Origin: Chlamydiota bacterium
GTDB lineage: Bacteria > Chlamydiota > Chlamydiia > Chlamydiales > Rhabdochlamydiaceae
DNA: 64,000 nucleotides
Assembly (NCBI GenBank): GCA_040388665.1
Contig: JAZKBL010000012.1
Span: 67,390-131,389 of the forward strand
Reading direction: 5' to 3'
Shown: positions 37,586 to 46,736 of the stretch, piece after piece
Position numbering within the stretch: the first letter of the stretch is position 1
Layout of the letters: each line of letters starts with the position of its first letter
Made by a program: the position numbers and the translations under genes
The notes under the pieces: model-generated
What the model saw: only the letters and a program-made list of their open reading frames with translations
Told to the model about the DNA's origin: nothing
Database searches by the model: none

Positions 37586-38701
37586 CTAGTTTTTTGCTTT
37601 GTCAGTTTTTTCTAAAATCCATTCCGACATCATGTTTAAAACTACAGGTGAAGTTGTTTCCTCAATATGTGCGCATTCTGTGAAGGATCCTGTCTGACAG
37701 GTTTGAAAAGCATGGTTCAGACGTGGCAGTTCTCTTACCATGTAGTCTTTGTGCCCTGTTTCTTTGAGTACTTGCTCAATTTGAACAAGGTTTTGCTTTG
37801 TAGATACAGCAAAATCGAGTTCTCCATTTAAAGCAAGTATAGGAATTTGAAGCTTCTTTAATGTTACAGCTGGCTCATGTATAAAATTATAACGAAACCA
37901 CGCTGAATTAAAAGATTGTACTTGAACCTCTAGTGGACCATAATAAGCTTCTGCTATCTGTCTTTCAGATGGACTTAATTGATTAAAATGTTGTGTCAAA
38001 CATGCGCGCAGTTGAACCTCAGCAATTTCGCGATTTTTCTCTTTTTTTAATAAGTTAAACACTTCCTGTCTTAAGCTTTGATTGTTAAGAATCATCTCTT
38101 CAGATACACCGTCAATACGCTGAAGAGCGGGTTCTTGCGCAAGGATCAGTTGTTCCCAATTAACACAGGGAGATGCCATTAAAACAACAAAAGATACATC
38201 ATTTGATTTTGTAGCTGCTAATAACGCAGTCATTCCTCCTTCGCTATGACCCACCAAACCTATGCTCTTAGTATTAATCTCTTTTCGTGCTTTTAAATAA
38301 TCTAGACCAGCTAAGGCATCATCTGCAAAGTCCTCTAAAGTTGATATGTTATAATCTCCCGTTGATTTTCCAGCACTTCGTTTGTCAAATCGCAGCACCG
38401 CAATGCCCTGTTTGGTCAAATGGTCTGCCCAAACAAGAAAGAGTCTATGCCCAAACGTTGCCGCATCACGATCTAATGGCGCTGAGCCATGAAGAAGTAT
38501 AACAGCTGGAAATGGACCATCTCCCTGAGGCAATGTTAACGTACCTGCCAATTGTACATTGTCATTCATATTGTGAAAGATGACGTCCTCTGCCTTGTAT
38601 GGATAAGGAAAAGAAGGTTCCTGAGGCCGATTTGATGCCAAACATTCCCCATGAAACGCAATGATCACTATCACAAGCAGATTTAAGATTATTTTTAACA
38701 C
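37586..38701 (-). CDS. exported alpha/beta hydrolase (serine hydrolase)
   Basis: Signal peptide. 'LLHGSAP' and nucleophile 'GHSEGG'. Confidence 0.75.
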   Translation of the reverse strand: MLKIILNLLVIVIIAFHGECLASNRPQEPSFPYPYKAEDVIFHNMNDNVQLAGTLTLPQGDGPFPAVILLHGSAPLDRDAATFGHRLFLVWADHLTKQGIAVLRFDKRSAGKSTGDYNISTLEDFADDALAGLDYLKARKEINTKSIGLVGHSEGGMTALLAATKSNDVSFVVLMASPCVNWEQLILAQEPALQRIDGVSEEMILNNQSLRQEVFNLLKKEKNREIAEVQLRACLTQHFNQLSPSERQIAEAYYGPLEVQVQSFNSAWFRYNFIHEPAVTLKKLQIPILALNGELDFAVSTKQNLVQIEQVLKETGHKDYMVRELPRLNHAFQTCQTGSFTECAHIEETTSPVVLNMMSEWILEKTDKAKN

Positions 38702-38795
38702 ATCTAACCTCAGTTCATGTTCTTTATTGCCTCTTAAGTTAGCAAAATCTTAATCAAAAAATCTATCACAAAATTAACGTTTAGACGTTCATTCC

Positions 38796-38824
38796 TTGAC
38801 AGGTATTTGACCGTGCGCTAGAGT
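38796..38824 (+). promoter_or_regulatory. sigma70-like promoter candidate for the 38853 gene
   Basis: TTGACA (38796-38801), 17-nt spacer, TAGAGT (38819-38824). The -10 element ends 28 nt upstream of the ATG. Confidence 0.35.
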
Positions 38825-38852
38825 AACGGAAAATTTTTAATTTAAGGAAAAC

Positions 38853-39194
38853 ATGTCACAATCTCTTGAAGATAAAGTCATCGCCTACCGCATGCTAGCC
38901 AAACAGATCAAAGAACTAGAAGATCAGAAAAAAGCTCTCAATAGCGAAATCATGAATATGCTCGCCCAAGACGTTAAGACTTTTTATATCGCTGATTTTC
39001 GCGTAAGTCGATGGAAAAGATTGTTGATTAAAACATCACTCGAAGAAGCACGCATACTGAAAGCCACTAAACACGAAGAAATTGTAGACAAAGAAATGAT
39101 CAAGCAGCTGTTTGAGCTCGGTCATGTTATTCCGGGCGTCACTACTCTAGAATCTTTAATTGTATCTGACAACCGAAGTTCTGCAAATTCATGA
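38853..39194 (+). CDS. hypothetical coiled-coil protein
   Basis: 113-aa ORF with a promoter-like element upstream. No family recognised. Confidence 0.45.
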   Translation: MSQSLEDKVIAYRMLAKQIKELEDQKKALNSEIMNMLAQDVKTFYIADFRVSRWKRLLIKTSLEEARILKATKHEEIVDKEMIKQLFELGHVIPGVTTLESLIVSDNRSSANS

Positions 39195-39375
39195 TTGTTC
39201 GAAAAACTTTGTTTCTATGGATTTTTCTCTTATCTGCATTGCAATCTCTCATAATGAAAAATTCCATTGGTATTGCAATGCCAGTTGACTATGTCCCAAT
39301 CATTCAAGACAAATTACTGCAATAACCATATTATACATATCGTAAATCAACAATCATATGTTTATAATCAATGGC

Positions 39376-42300
39376 TTAAGGATGATTTTCAAGGATGTGC
39401 TGCGCGCTTGACTCCAGATCAACTGATTCATTTTCAACAGGTAGCTCTTGAGTAGGGTCGTATAAGATGGCGCACGTGTTTTCGGGGATTGAATAAACTC
39501 CGTGTCCAGCATTATCGAGGGTGTCTACATATTCAAAAGGGCCTTTTGTGGAAAATGATTCTAAAGACCCTTTGTAAAGGTTTTTACTTTGAATATATTT
39601 TTTGTTTGAAACGAGGTAGAGATTAAGTTCTTTTGCTTTGTTTTTTGCGAATTTGAGAAGGGCTTTTTTTAGGGGAAGAGGATCACCATGTAGAGAGTAA
39701 AACTTATCTAATAAAAGGAGAGGTCTTTTATTTGCTTCATCCCAAAGAAGGCGTATGAGAAAGCGTGCGATTTGTTCTCCCTTCTCATTTTTTATTGCAA
39801 GGGCACGAATTTTTCCATCTGAAATATAACCTAAAATGTGAGTCCTATTTTCACCTCCATTGATGCGCAGACATCCTCCCGTTTCTTTTCCAAGAAGCAT
39901 TAGATCGGAAAAGTCACCGGTACAACTAAGCGTCCATCCTTCATGTTTTTGTGAATCAAGCATCAAAGGTTCGTTTTTGTCGCATAAGTAGTTGTTAACG
40001 AGATCATCAAATCCATTATCGCGTATTTTGTTAAGATGTTCTGTGTCGTTTCTCCACTCTGAAAATCTATTTTCAATGAGGGCTAAACAGCACTGTTTAA
40101 AAGTTTCAAGAGCAGCTGATTTGTTATATTCGAATCCACTTAAGAAGCGCTCGAAATTTAATTGATTTAAGACTCCTAAATAGGTGAAAATTGCATTTCC
40201 TGCTCTTAAGCTATCGGTAATTTTAAAAAAACTTTCTTCAACATGTTCTGTATAATCAGACCCAAAAAAATCTTTAGGTACGCTTTTAAATAAAGCTTTC
40301 AAAGGGTCTAAAGAGATGGGAGAGTTATGAATAGCAAGCTCAGAGGCTTTTCCTAGATCTATCAAAGCAGTTGATAAAACAAGCCTATTAATATACTCAT
40401 CGTCGTTATTTTTTTTAGCTATTGCGAATTTTTGTTTTTCTTCTTTCTTTTTAGAAGCAATCTTTTTTGAGCCTGGTTCAGTTCTTTGTTTTTTTATTGG
40501 ATTGAAGAAAATTTGTTGTAGAAGTGTTTCTTTGTTTTCACGTAAGAATTTTTCGTTCCGTTGAAGACTTAGTAAAAATGACATCAGCTGTGTTTTATGA
40601 GTTCTATCGTTAAAAAGATGGCTAGCAGATTTTAGACTTTTACTCCATTCATTGCGTGAGGTATTTTGCAATTTGGAGAGAGTTAAGTCCCCTAAAAAGA
40701 AAGCAAGGTCTAGTTTCGGAGGTAAGGGATTATTTTTCCATGTTTCCCATTGGTTAGATAGGATGTGCTCAGACAGAGATCTACGTACAACAAAGAATTG
40801 TTCTTCTGCTAGAATCTTGTTTTTTGAAAATGCGCGGATGAGACGGGTTAGCCGTGGTTGAATTTCTGGATGTTCTGATATAAGCCCCATGTATATTATT
40901 GCAGATCCTGCGCTGGAGACGCCGATTTTTCGAAGATCTTCAAAGACAGGTTTTAATTCAGGAATTAGATCGCCGCAAATGTCTAAAAAACAATGGGAAC
41001 TTAGTCCAAAAGGAAAATTTCCATAAAGCTTGTGGACAATGATATCAATAATCTTGAGCGCCTCTGTCTTATTGGCTATTTTAATGATTTCAAAATTTCT
41101 AACTAATTCAACCGGATGTTTTTCTGCGATGAGCTCCAAATTCAGGATATTTAACATGAGAGCATGTTGCTCTGAATTGAGATCTCGAAATTGATGAAAG
41201 TTGGTAATAACGAGTAAAGAGGCATTTTTTGCAAGAATTTTGACAAGTTGAGAGCAGCGCTCTGAATTGTCAATCCCAACTGGACTTAAATTAAATAGAT
41301 CAAAGTGAGGAACTATTAGTTCAGGTTTTGTTTCTGCAAAGCTCTCTAATGGTAACATCTCTGAGACTTCAAAAATCTGCTCAATGCTGAGTTGTTCAGA
41401 CTTGCGCATAGAGAACAATATTGAGAAATTTTTAATAAGATCTTCAGGGGCTTTTTCTGCCAGGATTTTCAAGATTTGAAAGCTGTGATTTGGATCAAGT
41501 TTTTTTAATGCATCGGCTTTTTTGATTACTTTTTTAGGAGCTTTTTCTGCTAGGATTTTCCAGATTTGAAACTTGTGATCTGGATCAAGTTTTTTTAATG
41601 CATCGGCTTTTTTGATTACTTTTTCAGGGGCTTTTTCTGCTAGGATTTGCCAAAGTTGAAAACTGTGAATTGGATCAAGATTTTTAAATTCGTAAGATTT
41701 TTCGATTACTTTTTCAGGAACTTTTTCCGATAGGATTTGCCAAATCTGAAAGCTGTGAGTTACATCAAGCTTTTTAATAAACAAGTAATAATTTTTGATG
41801 GTTACTTCAGGGACTTTTTCCGCAAGGATTTCCCAGATCTGAAACCTGTGATCTGGATCAAGGCCTTCAAATTTATAAGATCCTTCAACCGTCGCTTTAG
41901 GAACTTGTTCTGCAAGGCTTTTCCAGATCTGAAGGACTTGTATTGGATCAAGCTTTCTGATAAATTCGTAAGATTTTTTGATTGCTGCTTCAGGGACTTT
42001 TTCTACTAGGATAGTGAGGATCTGAAAATATTGCTCAGAATTGAGCATTTCAAACCTGTATAAGCTATTGAGTAACTCAAGAGGATCTCTTTCTGTAAGA
42101 GCCAAAGCGAGCTGGAAGCAATGATCATTGTTTTGAGATTTAAAGTGCTTTAAATAGATAAGCGCAGTTGACCAGTCGGAGTTTGCTATTTTTGAGATTC
42201 GTTTAAAACGTTCTTCATCTGCAATATTTATTATTTCTTTTTTAATAACATGTTGAATGAACTTGTCTTTTAAAACTTCTTCATGTTTGATTTCAGGGTT

Positions 42301-42408
42301 TTTGTTCCAAACTTTTGTTGCATAAGTAGTTAGAGTTTCATAGGTTAAAAAACCAAACGTCTCACAAATGGGTGCTATTAATTTTTTTAAATTATTATCT
42401 ATCGACAT
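39376..42408 (-). CDS. 1010-aa tandem-repeat protein (about 8 x 30-aa helical repeats); candidate effector
   Basis: Repeats of consensus 'FQIW.ILAEK.PEKVIKK...LKKLDP.H.' across roughly aa 97-332. AT-rich leader. No catalytic motif recognised. Confidence 0.8.
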   Translation of the reverse strand: MSIDNNLKKLIAPICETFGFLTYETLTTYATKVWNKNPEIKHEEVLKDKFIQHVIKKEIINIADEERFKRISKIANSDWSTALIYLKHFKSQNNDHCFQLALALTERDPLELLNSLYRFEMLNSEQYFQILTILVEKVPEAAIKKSYEFIRKLDPIQVLQIWKSLAEQVPKATVEGSYKFEGLDPDHRFQIWEILAEKVPEVTIKNYYLFIKKLDVTHSFQIWQILSEKVPEKVIEKSYEFKNLDPIHSFQLWQILAEKAPEKVIKKADALKKLDPDHKFQIWKILAEKAPKKVIKKADALKKLDPNHSFQILKILAEKAPEDLIKNFSILFSMRKSEQLSIEQIFEVSEMLPLESFAETKPELIVPHFDLFNLSPVGIDNSERCSQLVKILAKNASLLVITNFHQFRDLNSEQHALMLNILNLELIAEKHPVELVRNFEIIKIANKTEALKIIDIIVHKLYGNFPFGLSSHCFLDICGDLIPELKPVFEDLRKIGVSSAGSAIIYMGLISEHPEIQPRLTRLIRAFSKNKILAEEQFFVVRRSLSEHILSNQWETWKNNPLPPKLDLAFFLGDLTLSKLQNTSRNEWSKSLKSASHLFNDRTHKTQLMSFLLSLQRNEKFLRENKETLLQQIFFNPIKKQRTEPGSKKIASKKKEEKQKFAIAKKNNDDEYINRLVLSTALIDLGKASELAIHNSPISLDPLKALFKSVPKDFFGSDYTEHVEESFFKITDSLRAGNAIFTYLGVLNQLNFERFLSGFEYNKSAALETFKQCCLALIENRFSEWRNDTEHLNKIRDNGFDDLVNNYLCDKNEPLMLDSQKHEGWTLSCTGDFSDLMLLGKETGGCLRINGGENRTHILGYISDGKIRALAIKNEKGEQIARFLIRLLWDEANKRPLLLLDKFYSLHGDPLPLKKALLKFAKNKAKELNLYLVSNKKYIQSKNLYKGSLESFSTKGPFEYVDTLDNAGHGVYSIPENTCAILYDPTQELPVENESVDLESSAQHILENHP
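41413..42120 (-). repeat. in-frame 90-bp tandem repeat array inside the 1010-aa gene
   Basis: About 8 units. The units around 41479-41661 are nearly identical at the DNA level (ttttctgctaggattttccagatttgaaa...). Confidence 0.8.
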
Positions 42409-42529
42409 AATATAACCATCCTTGCTGTTTTAATATTTAAATGGTATCAAAAAATATGTTTTATTAATATATAAACTTTATTTATTAAATTAATAATATC
42501 ATTTTTTTTTGTAAATAGCTAATAATAAA

Positions 42530-42760
42530 TTATTTAAAACAACATTCCGATTGGACACAGCCAAAAAAATCACGACAGAATTGAATCGAGTCCCCTTTGA
42601 GATCGCATTGTCGACACCAATATCTTCCAGTTTCTTTCCAAATGATGAATCGATCCTTTCCCCCACATTTTGGACAAGGAGAGTGATATTCTCCGCCGCA
42701 AGTAGATGCTATCCGTTTTGGAGAAATTCCTAACTCTTGAGCAAAATGAAGTAAACTCAT
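42530..42760 (-). pseudogene. N-terminal zinc-ribbon fragment of a P4-alpha/plasmid-type primase(-helicase)
   Basis: 'CPKCGGKDRF..GRYWCRQCDLKGDSIQF' is the primase Zn-ribbon pattern. The ORF stops after 76 aa with no Toprim or helicase part. Confidence 0.55.
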
Positions 42761-42810
42761 GTTTCATACCCCCGAAATTTCAATGTTAATAATCCTGTCT
42801 TTTTTACCGC

Positions 42811-43047
42811 GTGACATAAGTGACAAGCGTGACTTATCTATAGAATGACATGTCACGGACGGTTTTTTCATGTGCGTGACACCGTGACAAAACTATTAGC
42901 TCCACACGGCCAAACCTCTTTTGTCACGCCTGTCACAGTTATAATCTAAAATCTCGTGACGGCAAGCAAGGCTATACAAGGACATCTATTTTCTCTATGC
43001 AGTCCGAATTCACACATTAGACTTGTCACAAGCGTCACGCGTGTCAC
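42811..43047. repeat. array of 12 GTGAC/GTCAC cores (iteron- or operator-like)
   Basis: GTGAC at 42811, 42820, 42829, 42876, 42884, 42956. GTCAC at 42852, 42923, 42932, 43025, 43034, 43043. Extended consensus sCGTGACa. The outer triplets (9-10 bp spacing) are mutually inverted. Palindrome TGACATGTCA at 42846-42855. Confidence 0.75.
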
Positions 43048-43069
43048 GTAAATAAAACGAACACAAAAT

Positions 43070-43885
43070 TTAAACATCTTCTTCCCCCAAAACCTTAGAT
43101 GTAAAAAGATAACATCGCGTTGTATTCTTCTTGCTTGGGAGGCGTTCGCTTCGAGTACATTCTCCTTGCGCACTTAGCTTAAGAAGTCCATGTTTTGCGC
43201 ATACTTTTGCCACAAGACTAGGGTCATACCCCTGACAGATTTCACTTTTATACCTCTCTGGAAACACGTAAAATTCAATCTCCTCATTGTTATTCCGCCT
43301 GAATCCTGTGCGATTTATCGTCTTAGTTTCACAAGATGCTTCCCAGAAAGTAAATCTACTTTCGCCATGTTGCTCAAAATAACGCTTTACTTGAGATAGT
43401 ATTGTGCTTTCCTCTTGAGATCCAACACCGCCCCGCACGCGTAACCATTCTTTAAAGCACTCTAAGGAGGCCTGAATGGCCTCTCCTTCATTCCACCCTG
43501 TAATTCCAAAACTTGCCGCCAATTCTCCTGCAACAGCAACTAATACAAAGCGATTCAGAACCCTCCCTACTTGCGCATCGGTATCAACTGGATAATGTTC
43601 CTGAACAAATCCACCAAAGATTTTTTTACCCATTTCAATAGCATTCGTTCGATCTGCGATCAAGCATTTGAGAAATTCACGACTAGCATTCCCGTAATAG
43701 GAACGGCATGCCGCTTCAAGAGCTTCCGCAAAAGCCTTTCCACTTTCAAAGCCGTGTAAATTCTCAAATATCCCAAACTTGCCAGTATCAGCAGGAATTT
43801 CGACAAGACGAACCTCCTGGCCAGCTCTCGTCCGTTTTCCCGCTTCTGACATATGTTGGCTTAAGGTTACCTCTCCAGTAGACAA
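43070..43885 (-). pseudogene. C-terminal fragment of a DUF927/COG5519-type primase-associated helicase
   Basis: 'RLVEIPADTGKFGIFENLHGFESGKAFAEALEAACRSYYGNASREFLKCL' matches my memory of the region after the ATPase core of DUF927 proteins. There is no ATPase or Toprim part upstream. Confidence 0.55.
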
Positions 43886-43917
43886 AAAAAACGATCGCCA
43901 AGATGCTTTACTCCTTT

Positions 43918-44670
43918 TTAGAGCGCCGTAAGAATCTGCTCGATTTTTACTTGCTTCATCCGATCGTCAACAAAAACAATCTTCTCAGGACGCATAGTAA
44001 GACTTGAAAGAATCTCCTTAAGAACCGGTCCCTTCAACTGACATTCTGTCTCAATGACCCCTTGAGCATATTCATAGAATGCCCCTTGAGAGAGTTCCGG
44101 CAGATCATTTTTAAAAGGTATTCCAAGAGTCCGTAATATTTGAGCTCTTGAGCCTCTCACGGAAGGATCCATGGCTACTTTCGTAAAAGCTATTACTTTT
44201 ACCCCAAGATCTTGCGCTTGTACAATAACTTCAGGCCACCGCGCGTCGAGCAGCTTCCATGTGTCTAAAGTGGCTAGAATAATCCTATCAAAAGCGATTT
44301 TTTCTTCTCTTGAAATGTTAGGACAATGCGTTTGAAACCACTCATATTTCCATGTCTCATGAGAGGGATGGAGAATAGCATCAGGATACGCTAGTAGAGT
44401 TCCACCAACATCCAAAAGAACAAGGATCTCTTTCGGACTGTTTGCAATCTCCTGTTGAATAGGTTCTAAGGAAGATATCGTTCGAATCTCTGCATATCCT
44501 GCACAAAAATTACCCAAAAAAATAATCCAATAAACAACTGCATCATGTTTTTTATATTCTTGCGGTATATCCACCACTCTCGAAAAATTAAAATCATAGA
44601 CTGCCGCCACCATCAACACAAAGAGTTTGACCTGTAATAAATCCAGCATCCTCAGAAAGCAGAAACTCAA
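43918..44670 (-). CDS. HAD-superfamily-like protein, copy B; 3'-truncated and with a replaced N-terminus (probable pseudogene)
   Basis: About 85-90% aa identity to copy A from 'GYAEIRT' to 'FVDDR'. Homology ends about 30 bp before its stop, next to the DUF927 fragment. No convincing signal peptide or start. Confidence 0.55.
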   Translation of the reverse strand: MSFCFLRMLDLLQVKLFVLMVAAVYDFNFSRVVDIPQEYKKHDAVVYWIIFLGNFCAGYAEIRTISSLEPIQQEIANSPKEILVLLDVGGTLLAYPDAILHPSHETWKYEWFQTHCPNISREEKIAFDRIILATLDTWKLLDARWPEVIVQAQDLGVKVIAFTKVAMDPSVRGSRAQILRTLGIPFKNDLPELSQGAFYEYAQGVIETECQLKGPVLKEILSSLTMRPEKIVFVDDRMKQVKIEQILTAL

Positions 44671-44679
44671 TAGCCAAGG

Positions 44680-45330
44680 CTACTCACCTCTTAGATTTTT
44701 GATCCAATAAATCATGAGATGATCTGTATCCTCCAAGGCATCAACCTCTTTCCATCGGTAATAACTGCTAAGACCCGGCTGTTTAATAAATCCGTTATCT
44801 TTCCAAAGAGATTCTACAAAAGAATCATAAGAGGGTCTTTCTATCTCACATAAAGAAATTCCATCGTACTCCGTCAATTCCATTACAAATTTTTCAAATT
44901 GTCGATAAAGTCTCTTTTGAATATCTGCATTTCTATATTCTGGAAGCAGAACAAACTCGCCTATATGAAAAATATGCTCCGCAATACTTTGCTTATGCTT
45001 AAACACTATACGATTTTCCTCTTGAGACTCAAGTAAGGGAAGCCCAGTGATAGCTCCAACCATTTTCTCGCCTTCTTTAGCAATTACAAACAAAGAATTT
45101 TTTGAATCAGCATATAAACTCAAATACTTCTCTTCTTCTATCAAGCTGCCTTCATAAAGATAAGGATAATCCCGATAAAACGAAATTCGTAATTCTGCAA
45201 GTTGCTTTAGATAAGGGATTACTTCAGTACCTTCTAGAACCTCGATTTTGACTATTGACTCCTCTATATGCGCACCCCACGCATTAAATTGCATGCAAAG
45301 ACACGCCAACAAAAACTTCACAATGCCCAT
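44680..45330 (-). CDS. GNAT-family acetyltransferase with signal peptide
   Basis: 'MGIVKFLLACLCMQFNAWG' signal. 'VGAITGLPL' and 'HIGEFVLLPEYRNADIQKRLYRQF' are GNAT-like. Confidence 0.65.
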   Translation of the reverse strand: MGIVKFLLACLCMQFNAWGAHIEESIVKIEVLEGTEVIPYLKQLAELRISFYRDYPYLYEGSLIEEEKYLSLYADSKNSLFVIAKEGEKMVGAITGLPLLESQEENRIVFKHKQSIAEHIFHIGEFVLLPEYRNADIQKRLYRQFEKFVMELTEYDGISLCEIERPSYDSFVESLWKDNGFIKQPGLSSYYRWKEVDALEDTDHLMIYWIKNLRGE

Positions 45331-45376
45331 ATTCTCTCTCAGTTAAAAATCTATATGTGCTTTCAGTATAGATAAA

Positions 45377-45709
45377 TTAAAAGTTCGTAGCACTAAAAAT
45401 TACCAAAGCTTTGCATCCTCTTGGTCGTCTATAACCCCCTTCCCTTCTAGGTCTTCTTTCGAACTCTTTTTCGTTAAGTGATTTAATTCTACGTTCAGGA
45501 TCAAAACCAGTAATAGTCACTATTTGATTGATATCATTCGAATTTCCTTTATTATGCCTTGTCAGTGCAGCTCGAAGAATTAAAGGAGAATAGATAGATC
45601 CTTTTAGCATAACTACTAAAGCTTCATGACCAGTTGTATAATCTGGGTAAACAGCGTATGTAATTTTTCCATCACCAGCCTTTCCTATCGCACACCGATC
45701 TTTACTCAT
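45377..45709 (-). CDS. hypothetical protein
   Basis: 110-aa ORF with an Arg-rich tail. No family recognised. May be a gene fragment. Confidence 0.35.
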   Translation of the reverse strand: MSKDRCAIGKAGDGKITYAVYPDYTTGHEALVVMLKGSIYSPLILRAALTRHNKGNSNDINQIVTITGFDPERRIKSLNEKEFERRPRREGGYRRPRGCKALVIFSATNF

Positions 45710-45761
45710 GCTATAAGTACTAGCAACAAGAACTTTTTTGACCTACAACATTCGAATTAAT

Positions 45762-46736
45762 TTATTTTTCTGAAGGCACCGCTAATTCTCTTTTTTTATC
45801 AACAACAGCCTCACCGCCGCACTCTACTCTTTCAATTTTCCCTTCGCATACCTTCAGATGAACATAGATATCAGAGGGAGCATTTAAACTATCACCCTGT
45901 CTGAAAAGCAACTTATGTTCTGAGCTAGATGGAAGCATTCCTTTCTCAAATAAATAACACGCAAGAGCGCCGTTAGAGGAGCCTGTTGCAGATTCTTCAT
46001 CAATACCATGCAGTGGGGCAAAATTGCGACAATGAGCAATAGCCGCACTCCCTGGAAGATCTAAGGAAAAAACGTGCATGCCAATCGAGTCTGTTTTTTT
46101 ATTAAGCTCTGACATGAGTTTAAGGTTGGGTTTTAACGATTGAAGACACTTCTCATCCTGCACCTGAACAAAAATATCACGAAGACCTGTTGAGACAATC
46201 CGTGGGTGAAGCCCACCGGTACTAACAAAATCTCCGAGAATAGAAGTGATCTCAATCCCCCCGATTTCCTCTCCAAAAGCGGGTAAAGGTTGGCTCAAAA
46301 AGATCAAACGATCTTTTAGAGTTACCTCACATTTTCCTGCCTTGGTATCCAGTGGATAAACTTTATCATCTGCTAATCCAAGCTGCCTTAGTACTCCAAA
46401 TGCCGCCAATGTCGCATGACCGCAAAAATCAATAGGAGAAGTTGGTGTAAAATAAAGAGCTTTATATGGATGACTCCCTGCAAATGAAATAAAAACTGTT
46501 TCGGAAAAATTAAGTTCTTTTGCAATAGATTGCATTTGAGCTGGAGTAAACGGGTGTTCTTGATCCACAATGACAACGCCAGCGGGATTTCCCCCAAGAG
46601 AACCATGACAAAATGCTCTGGCAATATATGCAGTAAAACTCATACTTTCTTCATCCTCCTTATTTACAACTTTCTCATTTCCGCATAACGAAAAGGACAC
46701 AGCACACAGATAAACGATAACTGCCCAAACTCTCAT
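45762..46736 (-). CDS. PhzF-family isomerase-like protein with signal peptide (copy B)
   Basis: Paralog of 35708-36688. Start trimmed to ATG 46736 (MRVWAVIVYLC), which aligns with the copy A start and RBS. Confidence 0.85.
   Translation of the reverse strand: MRVWAVIVYLCAVSFSLCGNEKVVNKEDEESMSFTAYIARAFCHGSLGGNPAGVVIVDQEHPFTPAQMQSIAKELNFSETVFISFAGSHPYKALYFTPTSPIDFCGHATLAAFGVLRQLGLADDKVYPLDTKAGKCEVTLKDRLIFLSQPLPAFGEEIGGIEITSILGDFVSTGGLHPRIVSTGLRDIFVQVQDEKCLQSLKPNLKLMSELNKKTDSIGMHVFSLDLPGSAAIAHCRNFAPLHGIDEESATGSSNGALACYLFEKGMLPSSSEHKLLFRQGDSLNAPSDIYVHLKVCEGKIERVECGGEAVVDKKRELAVPSEK

Noticed and set aside
41413-42120. Regularly spaced 90-bp direct repeats, considered as a possible CRISPR array or satellite.
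   Set aside because: The repeats are contiguous with no unique spacers. They stay in frame inside a long ORF and translate into a coherent 30-aa protein repeat.
42551-43173. Short ORFs in and next to the GTGAC array and primase fragment (42551-42733 +, 42570-42767 -, 42946-43173 -).
   Set aside because: They overlap the motif array or the recognisable Zn-ribbon frame, have no motifs, and have composition driven by the repeats.
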